DNA from: Lama guanicoe
Taxonomy: Eukaryota
Assembly: GCA_013239625.1 (NCBI GenBank)
Contig: MU054338.1
Coordinates: forward strand, 620,001 to 684,000
DNA length: 64,000 nt
Direction of reading: 5' to 3'
The translations under genes and the position numbers were made by a program. Numbering within the stretch: the stretch's first letter is position 1; the number at the start of each line of letters is the position of its first letter. The notes beneath the pieces are model-generated. The model saw only the letters and a list, made by a program, of their open reading frames with translations. It ran no database searches and was not told the DNA's origin. Shown one piece after another: positions 1 to 18,200 of this stretch.

Positions 1-484
1 GGGCAGCTCAGGCCTCGCGGCCTGCTTTCCCCATCCGTGACCCTGGTGCACCCGGGCCAGTCCCTTCCCTTTGCGTCCCTGCCCCTGTGGCCGAGCTAGG
101 CCTCCCGTGGCGAGGCCGGACCACTCTGCAGTGACTGGTGGGCAGTGAGCAGTTGGGAAGCGGTTGGGATTTTAGCACATCAAGCAGCAGAGCTCTGGAC
201 TGGGCTGGCCCTCGTTCCCCTGCCTACCTCAGTATTGGAAAGGATTCTGCTGTTGGGCCGGTCAGTTGCCCGCCAGAGGGGAGGGATGTGGAAATGCAGC
301 AGGAGCTTGGGGTTGGGGGCGTTGGAACACACAGCAGGCCAGGTCCCTGGCAGTGCCGGATGGGCGAGCAGGTGACGTGCCGCCCTGAGCAGCTGTGCAC
401 ACTAGGGAATGCTGGCTTCTCACCCGAGAGTGTCAAGAACCACAACCGAAGCTGCCTGGGTCCACCATGCATTGAATGGCGATT

Positions 485-990
485 TGTTCTCATAAGTTTT
501 ACGGAAACAGAATTTACACGATGTAAGATTCACACTAGTAGTGGGTAATTCAGTGTCATTTAGTACTTTCATAGAGTGTGCAACCATCACCTCTATTTAG
601 CTCCAGAAGATTCCATCACCCCAAAAAGAAACCCCGTCCCCATCAGCAGTCACCACCCCGAGACTCTCCTCCAGCCCCTGACAGCCAGGAGCCCCCTCCC
701 TGTGTCTGTGGACTGGCCTGTTCTGGACGCCTCACATCCATGGACTCACACGCTGCGTGTCCTTCTGTGTCTGCTTCTCTCCCTGAGCACCGTGCTCTCA
801 GGGTCCGTCCACGTGGCAGCGAGGGCCAGGGCTGCTCTCCTATTCACGGCTGAGTGATGTCCCTGTGTGTGGAGGGACGTGTGTGTATCCATCCCCTGTC
901 AGTGGACATTGGGGGTGTTCCTACCTGACGCCTGTTAGGAGCTGTGCTGCCGGGAACTTGCGTGAACGAGTGCTTGTGCTGAGCTGCACT
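485..990 (-). mobile_element. Old LINE-1 3' fragment (L1MB-like), antisense
   Basis: Recognisable L1M 3'-end motifs: gtgcaaccatcacc, catcaccccaaaaagaaaccccgt, cagcagtcac, gttctggac, gtggacatt. Boundaries approximate. Confidence 0.75.
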
Positions 991-3481
991 TTGAGCAAAT
1001 CTCCCCTTGTTTAATTCTCTCTCCGGGCCCGCCAAGGGCCCCTTGCCACATGATTAGAAGCACTGGCAGAGGGGTGAGGGGGTCTTACCCTGTGTGTCCC
1101 TCTGCCAGGGGCGCCCACTCTCTGTGGCCCCAGCCGTGACCTGGGCTGGCCCTGGGACAGGTGGCTGGCCCCGTGTGCTGTGTTTTGGGCTGACGCTGGA
1201 GGCAGCTTCTCTCCATCCTCTAAGCTCCGACGGTCTGGGGACCCTCACTCTTCCATTTGTCTTCTGGTTAATCAAGGTGTCAGCCAAACAGTTGGTTCTG
1301 CTGGGGGAGCACCCTCAGGGCTGTCCCTGGCAGCGCCGGGTGGGTGGGAGGGTGACGTACCGCCCTGAGCAGCTGTGCACACCGGACGGAAGGCGCTGCT
1401 TCCTCTTGTTCACTTCCTGCATCCTGGCCGAGCGCCTGGCTTTTCCTCTTTCTTTAAATACTGGTTTTCTTTTTTTTTTCCGGCCAGTGGTGTGACTTGT
1501 AAGAGACAGAAAACTTTGCGGAGGAGGTGATGGCAGCCCCCGTCCCCCCAGGGCACTGCAGTGAACGTTTCTGGGGCTCCGTAACCGGCTCCCAATGTGC
1601 ATCTCCATGCCGTCTGCTCGCGCACGTGTGGTTCCCACAGCCCTGTGTCAAGTTTGACATCGAAGCCACTTTCCGAGTACCAGTCATGGGACTTAGCATG
1701 TTTACCCAGGAAGCTCTGATCAGTTAGTTGAGCAAACAGATGGGCGGCCAGACGCACCCACAGCAGGTCAGCCTGGTTTGGCTGCAGAGCGGGGCCCTCT
1801 CTTTTGGAGCTCACCTTGCCGGCGTCAGGGTGGAAAGGCGGCTGCGTCTCCCTGGGACTTGGCTCTGACCTCTCCCGCAGAATTCAAGTGGTGGTTTTGC
1901 CCTAAAGACAGTTCGGCAGGAAGAGGCTTGGCCCAGCCAGCCCAGAAGGTAGTTCCAGGCCTGGAGTAAGTCAGAACACAGAGAGCAGAGCAGTCGGGAA
2001 GGACTGGGTGAGCTCCCAGGGCCTGTCAGTGTGCAGCGGGCCCCTGGTCCAGGAGCTGCCCCACAGTGTTGTTGGCAGCCTGCATCGGAGTTCAGGGCCT
2101 TATTTCCACACTCACGTGTCAGGCTGCTGCCCCATCCCCAAGGTGGCCACATGTCGGCTCAAGGTCTGAGCGCTCCTTGTCTCAACACTTGCGTCTTGGC
2201 TGCGATGAGAGAAGCTGTCGTGGTCTGTCTGGATGCAGAGGAGAGGGACTGGAGGAAGATTCCAGGGCTTAGAGGCTGGCTCGGACGGGTGATCTGAGCT
2301 GTCCTGAGCTGGGGTCTGTGCTAACTGTTCGTCACCCCACGTGCAGTTTCGGAAACTAGAGTTGGGGAGACATGGGGTCTGCGTGTGGGCAATCCTTCAT
2401 CCCTGTGATGTGCTTCCCCTCTTGGGGCTGTACACCTGCCCCCCTCCGCCCCCAGGCGCCCACACAGCCGCCTCCCAGTCCTGGCCGCTGGCCCCATGCT
2501 GGCCAGGTGGCTCCACAGGTAAGTTGGCTGGCTGGGTGGGTGGCAGGTGCTGAGGAGTGGTCTCTGAGAGGAGCCGGCTCTGCACGCACAGCAGGCAGCA
2601 GGTGGCAGGGACCTCGTGGCAACTGGCATATGCACCGCTGGCTGAGTATGGCCTGTCAGGGGCAGCTGGGGTCTGATAATGCGTCCCATTGCTGTCTCCT
2701 GCTGCCACACGTCTGTTGGATAAAAGTGGGGTGGGACTCGCCGGTGGGTGGAGGGCCCCTGAGTCAGGGCTGAGCTCTGGCCAGGGGAGCTGGCAGCCAG
2801 TGGGGCCAGGAGTCAGAGCTCTGGGGTGATCCAGGTGGTGGGATGCAGGGAGGAGGAAGGAGGACTGCCGCACAGGGCTGCTCCCAGGCAGTGGTGGGGA
2901 GGCCCTGGGCGTCTGGTTGCCCGAGCCCCACAGATGGGCCTGGTGAGGTCCGTCGCGGAGCAGGTGGGATCTGGAGGCCAGCGCCTGGACTGTTCTGGGA
3001 GGACCTGCCAGAGGTCGGGAGGGGGCTCACAGGCAAGAGGAGCAGCTGGACGGGTGCTCCCCAGCCAGGACCGTCCCGATCCTTTACAGCGGGATGCATC
3101 CTGCGATCTTGCCCCAGGGACACCTGGCAAGGTCTGAGGACATTGGTGGTCAAATAGTCCCGTGTCACAGGGCTGAGGTGGGGTTACCATGTGTTAATTA
3201 TTCACGGGAGAATTGAGTGTGGGTCCTGCTCACACTAGATACCAGGCTAAACCCCCAGTGGTCAGCTGGTGCAAACCGGGGCGCCCCCCGTGGCTGTAAG
3301 TTGCTGCCTCTCCCTCCACTTCATCTTGTGTGTTTAACGTGTGTAGCGCCCCAGGCCCTCCAAGGTCAGGTGGTAAGGGGTAACCATGGAAGGACAGGGC
3401 AACGACGGCTCGGTTCCTGCTGCTCCCGTGCCCGCAGACCCTCTGGCAGAGTGGGGCAGGGCAGCCCGCAGCTGGGGGAGC

Positions 3482-3482
<1 letters not shown>

Positions 3483-3513
<31 letters not shown>
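3483..3513. repeat. (CA)n microsatellite abutting an assembly gap
   Basis: About 15 CA units directly followed by Ns at 3514-3631. Confidence 0.95.
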
Positions 3514-3859
3514 NNNNNNNNNNNNNNNNNNNNNNNNNNNNNNNNNNNNNNNNNNNNNNNNNNNNNNNNNNNNNNNNNNNNNNNNNNNNNNNNNNNNNNN
3601 NNNNNNNNNNNNNNNNNNNNNNNNNNNNNNNGCTCCTGGCTTTGCAGCCCCTGGAGGACTGACACTTATGAGGATGCAAGGTGTTATGGCATGGGATCCA
3701 CGCCTGGCCGCTGTCAGGATGGGCTTCCTGGAGTAGGTGACCTTTTTGTGGAACCTGGACAGTGGGAGGGAGGGACCCAAGTTTCTGACAGGATTGGGGG
3801 CCCCTTACCTTCCTGGCTGTTCTGATGTCTCATGCTTCCTGGTGAGGACTTTTGAAGTC

Positions 3860-4380
3860 TTCATTGAGATACTATTCGGATGTCATGCAATTTGGTGCCG
3901 TTTAGAATCTTCATAGAGTTGTGCCACCATTACCTCTAGTTCCAGAACACTCTGTCACCCCAAGAAGAAACCTTGTCCCCATTAGCAGTCACCCCCTCAT
4001 CCACCACACCCCCTCCCAGCCCCTGACAGCCAGGAGCCCCCTCCCTGTGTCTGCCGCCTGGCCTGTTCTGGATGTTTCACATCCATGGAGTCACAACACA
4101 CACTGTGTGTCCTTCTGTGTCTGCTTCTCTCACTAAGCATTGTGCTCTCAGGGTCCATCCACATGGGAGCAGGTGTCAGGGCTGCTCTCCTTTTTGTGGC
4201 CGAGTGATAATTCCTGCATGTGGAGGGACAGTTGCGTTGTTTCCACTTTGGGGCTTTGGTGGATCGTGCTGCCGTGAGCACGCGTGTGCAGGGCTCTGTA
4301 AGCAGTTCTCCTGGGTGAGCACCCTGAGTGGAATTGCTGGGTCAGTTGGTGGACCATTCAACCTTCTGAGGCACTGCTGA
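3860..4380 (-). mobile_element. Old LINE-1 3' fragment (L1MB-like), antisense, second copy
   Basis: Same motif series as 485-990, plus gagtggaattgctgggtca. Boundaries approximate. Confidence 0.75.
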
Positions 4381-4688
4381 GCATTCCCCACATCTGGGCT
4401 GTCAGGGCCCATCCTGCTCAGGCCCCGTGGGGAGAGAGGCAGCGTCAGGAGGCCATCTGCAGAGCGGGCAGTGCTGGGCCCTGCCCTGGTCCGCTCTGGC
4501 AGGGTGCGGGGAGAGGAAGGAGGTCCTGTCCTCATGGAGACACCCTAGCAGTGGCGTGGGGCTGGGGCTTCAGTCCCAGAGGGAGACCCTGAGGGGACGC
4601 CAAGGGCAAGCTGAGCCGTCCCTGGGCTATGGTCACGCCAGCTCCCACGCACGGGGGTGCCGATGCCCTGCCATCCCGCTGTCCCTGA

Positions 4689-12667
<7,979 letters not shown>

Positions 12668-13368
12668 GGATGCTGCCCACAGGTGGGACACGGTGGGGAC
12701 CAGCAGAAGTGGGTGGGGGGAAGGTTGTGGGCACTGCCAGTGCCTGACCACAGCTAGCCCTGCCCTTCGCAGCCGTCACTCTGTGCTTACTGCCACTGGG
12801 GTCTGGGTTGGAGGTGGAGGGAGGGCACTTTCAGCAGGACACTGGCCGCTCACTTGGGGGAGAGGGCCCCTCAACCCAAGGGGCTCATCCCTTCTCCAGC
12901 CCAGGCTGCTCCTGGTGTTTGGTGAGGGAGGGTGGGAGGCTGGGAGGGCCGGGAGGGGCTGTGGTCTGGTTGAGGCTGTAGTCTTGGTTGCTGCCTGGTC
13001 CCCTCTCTGCTTCCTCCTCCCACCCCTGACTGCCCCAGAGGCAGTGGGAGCTTCAGGTCATAGACCTTGCCCAGCCACATCCCTTCTTCTGGGAGCTGCC
13101 CCTGAAAGGGCCCCCAAAGAACTTAGCTGCCAGCGTCAGGATCAGCCAGGGGGAGTAGAAACTGCTTTGGAGGGAGTGGTGTCAGGGCAGTGCTTGCTCC
13201 TGCCAGGCAGGGAGGGCCCTCAAGGCAGCACAGCCCTCCCTGGGCTCCTGAGGCGTCTGACAGCACCGTGTGACCCAGCCTCAGTCTCCCCAGCCTACAT
13301 AGGGGGCCCAGGGGCAGCAGAGCGTGTGTGTTGGCTCAGAAGTGACCCACCTTCTGTCCTGGTCTCAG

Positions 13369-14430
13369 CTCATCTCCGGGAGCCCCTGCCAGGTCCTCAG
13401 TCTTCCCGCCAAGTGCTGGCCTGCTGCCCACCACCCAGGAAGGCCACCACCGGGCCCTTCATGCTGACTGCCCCTCCGGAAGCTGGGGGGGCCTGGAGGG
13501 ATGTGGCTGGGGGACAGCAGGGACTGGGGTCTGGCCTTCCCGTGATGGCCAGTGGACATGACCTCCTGCTGACTGCAATCCTGTGCTGAGCCCCTTCCCC
13601 CAGCCAGGGGAGGAGGGAGAGGGCCCGATGTGGCCCGAGCCAGCCTTCGCCATGCACTTTATGTTGAGACTACTGGTTCTCGCCTGCCCCAACTCCTTTT
13701 TACTCTGCCACTCGTTAGCGCCTCCCACACCTGGTGACGCGTTCAAACCAACCAGAGCCGCAGCGGGACGGGCATCACGAGCAGGCCTCTCCACCCAGGT
13801 GCATGCCCAGCGCCCAAGGGAGCTAGGCGGCTGCCTTGTTTTTGTTGTTTGGTTGGTTTCTTTCTTTTTAAAAAAAAAAAGAAAAAATAAAACAGGTGGA
13901 TTTGAGCTGTGGTTGTGAGGGGTGTTTGGGAATTGTGGGAGGCAGGACGTGCTATAAGGTGGGGAATCTGAGTCTGAGCCTGGGGCTGTTTTGGGACCCC
14001 AGTGTGTGGGGCTGGCTGGCGTCTGCTGATCTTGCTGGTGGTGTCTCATGGGGATCTGGGTCTCCCAGGCGTGTCTGCCTTTTGCCGTCTGGATCTCTGC
14101 TCTCAGTGGTGACTCGGCCTCCCCAAATCACAACAGGCCAGCCTTTGCTCAGCCCAGGGCCCATGGCTCCACAGTGCAGTGTTCAGGGGTGCCCTGACCC
14201 CCTTCCCTCCAAGGCCTCTGTGCTCCTGGGTCCCCAGAGAAAACCCAGAGCAAGCCAGAGTAGGCAGTAAATATTTATAATCAACCAGAAAACACCACAC
14301 AAGAAACTCCATCACTGGATAGTACAGGGCACAAAGCTTCCAAGGGAGGGGCGGGGCGGGGCAACTCGGCCGGCCGCTGGCGAGGGCTGCCCCAACTTTT
14401 GGCAATAAATAAAGCTTGGGAAACTTGAAA
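13369..14430 (+). other. STK11: STK11 non-coding last exon (3' UTR)
   Basis: Donor AG|GTGGGA after 12682; acceptor gtctcAG at 13368; overlapping AATAAATAAA at 14404-14413 followed by a GU/U-rich tract. The 3' end is approximate. Confidence 0.8.
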
Positions 14431-15274
14431 CCTTGACCGTTTGGGTTTTATGTCTCAAATACTGGTGAGTCCTGGCAGCTCTTTGGACGGTGCGGTTACT
14501 GGGTGTGCAGCCCGCTCAACATGCAGAGGGCGAGCACAGGGGCGCAGACACTGGGAGGAGGGCTGCGGGAGGAGGTGTTCAGGGCTGGCAGCAGCAGCGG
14601 CAGGTGCGGTTATTGCTCGAAGGGGACACGGACTGCCGCGAGCACACGCCGCGGTGAGGTAAACGGCTTCCGCTTTGGGAGATCGGCGGCCGCGGCCTCG
14701 GCCAGCCTCCCGGTCCTGCTGGCGCACTCTACATGGATCCTCAGCGCCCCGCTGTCCCAGCCCCGGCAGCCTCGGCGCAGGCGCCCTGGCGCAGAGCCCT
14801 CGGCGCGTGCAGACCCGACGCCTCTCGAGGCTCAACTGGGCCTGTGAGGGGCACTCTGCATGCGTCTCGCGCAGTCGGAACTCGTCGCCGCTCCAGGATG
14901 CAGCCCCTGCGCCTGCGCTTCCCGCCGCTGTGTGCCCCAGACGCGGTGCGGTGCGCGCGATTTTTCCGGTCACCACCCCGCTGCTGTCTGCGCCGGCGGA
15001 AGCTGGACGTCGTCCTCAGGAGCTCGAAGATGAGAATCCACCACACTCCCTCTAGTCGAGCCAGGGTCCTCTTGGCCTTGCGATTCCGCAGGGACCCAGT
15101 GAAGTGCCTGGAGGGATCGTGTGCTGCGCACTTTGGGGCGGCGCGGGGCGCCTGGGGCACTTAGCGTGCGCTCGAGGCCCTCGGTCCTGGCGCATGCGCG
15201 CCGGGGCGTCCGGCGCCAAGGCGTGGGGGCCCCCGCCGGCGACGAACAAGGTGAAGTGGGCGTGAGGCGCAGGC

Positions 15275-18200
15275 TTAGACCGGGCTGTGGTCGGGGGACG
15301 TGGGTGCAGCTGCAGCCAGCGCGGGAGCCACGGCAACGGGCTCGGCCAGGCGGGGAGGGAAGAGTCTGTCGTCGAGGCTGGCCGCCAGCTTGTCCAGTAG
15401 TGCCCCTGGGGGTCCGGCACACAGGCCGGAGCCCGGGCAGCCACCGCCGGGCTCCTCCTCGATGACGGGGATGGCAGGGACAGCGGGGACCGCCGGGTCG
15501 TCACCCGCGCGGCCGTCGGGCGGGCAGTCGACGCTGTCTCCCCGGCGCAGGGGCGCACGCACGGGTCGGGGGGCGCCGGGTGGGGCCGTGGGTGGGGCGG
15601 AGGGCGCGGCCCGCGCGCCAGGGTCGCTGTGCTGCCGGCCACGTTGCTGCCACTGCTTGCGTGCATGGGGGTGCGGGTGCGCGCGTGCACGGTGGCGAGT
15701 GGCGGCGGACGGGGCATCGTCGAAGTGCGGGTCGTGACGCAGGAACTCGTGGAACAGTGCGTCCGTCTTCTCGTCAATGCTGTAGTCGCGGCGCGGGGCG
15801 CGGCGGGGCCAGGCACGGGGGCTGCGGGGCCGGGAGGGCGCCTCGGCCGCGGGCTCGATGGGCCCCTCGAAGCTGCTGCTCACCGTGAACTCACGGCCCA
15901 TTCTCGTGAAGGAGGAGCGCTTCTCAGGCGCGCTGGGCAGCCCGTCCTCGCCCGCGCCGCGGCCCTCAATGCTGGCGTAGCCGCTGTCCATCTGCAGCAG
16001 CTTGCGCGGCCCACCCGCCTCGCTGTCGGCCGTCCTCGGTGTGGGCGGCGGCGAGGGCGGCGGGAAGGCGGGTGCAGTGCCTCCAGAGCCTGAACCCGAG
16101 CTGTCGCCGCTGCGCACCGAGTCGCGGTCGTTGCCGCTGCTGCTGTGGTCCGAGGCGTTGGCAGCATGCAGCTCGAGCGAGGCGCGCAGGCTCCAGATGT
16201 CACGGTAGATGGTCTGGGCCTGCTCTGGCCCTGCGTCCCGCTCGCTGTCTGACTCTTGATGCTGCTGCTCCTGCTCAGGCCCCGCGCTGCCGCTGCGCTC
16301 TGGGGGGGAATCAGGGCTTGATCCTCCCGCAGCGCCCACCTCGTCGGCTGCTTCTAGCCTGCAAACCAGGAAGCAGCTGTCAGAAGGCTGTGAAGGCCCC
16401 CGCGACCCCTCCCCGGCCACCCTGCCTCTGGGTCTGAGAGGATGGGCACGGGTAGGAACCCTACAGGCTTGGCCAGGCCCTGTGGAAGATGAACTTTTTA
16501 AATGCTGCCTGCCTGTCTACTTTTCAGGGACTGCCTTTTGGGTAAACCCGGAGCCTTCCTGGCACCTGCTGAATGGGGGCTTCTCTTGGAATATCTGACC
16601 CAGGCATCTGCTGGCACTGCTGGTGGTTGGCCCCTTGACCAGAAAGAGCTTAAGCCTCGCCTTGGGAGATGCCTTCTTCCTAACAACTTACTGTACCAAG
16701 GGGCGGCTGGGGATGGATGGGAGGAGTGGAGTCCAGCTCAGCCCCTCCCCCTGGGTGAGTCTGGGTATGCAGCCTCACCTCCCAAGGTAGATTTGTTAAG
16801 GAACCAGGAGAATAAACAAAAAGTGTTAACTCCCGGGACAGGGAAGTGCCCTGCTCCCTGGATCCTGTTGCCTATCCCACTGCCATGGGCCCAGAGCTTC
16901 AGGACAGTTGCCCTTGGGCAGGGGGAGGGAGCATTGCTGGCAGAAGTGGTCACAAGTTTCTGAGTAGGGGCCATCTAGTCCTCAGGAGCATGGGCAGGCG
17001 GGCAGGGCCCTTCAGGCCGTGGGCACCAGCAGGAAGTGGCAACAATACCTGTGCAGACATCCACCCACAGCGTCCCTGATTGAGCAGGCATCCTGTCTTG
17101 GTAACCCGGGGCCCTGCCCACCCCTCTACCCTTACCCAGTCTCCCCCTGCTTCCCTCTGGTCGGTGCTGGAGAGGTGGCCCCAGCCAGGCAGCCTCCGGG
17201 AGGGACGGTGGAGCCAGAGGGACACGACCGCCTGTCCGAAGGGGTGGGGCAGGGGCCCACAGGTCCACCCCTGGCACCTCTATCTACTGAAAAATACCTG
17301 CCGAGAGGGGGGGGCGGGCTGGTGGGGCTGGCCAGAAAGGGGCAGGGCTGCGGGAAGGCCACTGCGTCGCCAGCGCTGGCGATGTACTGGATGAAGTCCA
17401 CCTGGGGGGCATCCCCCTCCTCCTGTTCCATGCTCTCGCTGGCTGCCCGCTGCCGCTGGAAGTGGTGTCTCTTTGGGGAGCCTGTGCAGAGGAAGGCACG
17501 GCAGCCTGCCTGGGCCCCTCCCAGCCCTGGGCCCACTCTCACCCCCAAGCCAGCAGACCCCAGCCTAGGCCAGGTGAGTGTGCACCCTGGGGAACCAAGG
17601 CACAGAGGGCAGAAAGGCCAGGTGTGGGCTGAGCTGCCAAGGTGGCAGCATTGCCCCAAGTGGTCCCAGCAGATGGGTGTGGCCAGAGCAAGGACTTGTA
17701 CCGGACAGATACCCAGCGGCAGACACAGCCCAGCTGGAGTGCAGAAGGCCGAAGGCTTGGGTGAGTAAGGGACAGCTGAGGGGAGAGAGGTAAAGCCCTT
17801 TTCCGCCAGCTCCAGCTCCAGCCCCAGCCTGGCCGGTGGGCCCCCTGGCCAGGTGCCAGGATCCTCCCATGACAAGAGGCCTAGCTGGGAAGGCCTCGGG
17901 GTAGGGATGAGAGTCACCCAGCAAACAGGTTCTGGGTGCTTTTGCATTTGACTGTAATCACCATCAGGAATCACAGGCTCCATCTGGGCTCCCAGCAGGG
18001 CAGTGGGATAGGCCCTCCCCTCCCTGGCCAGCGGCACCTCTGCCAGAAGTCACCCCTCCTGCCCCTGTGCCAGCTGGAGCCAGGCCCTGACAAGGAGGCT
18101 CACTGTCACTGGCCATGCACCTTCCCTCATCTCCAACACTGCCTGTCCCCTCTCTCTGCCTCTCCTGGCACCGGGACCTGCCACCTCCTCCACTGGGCAG

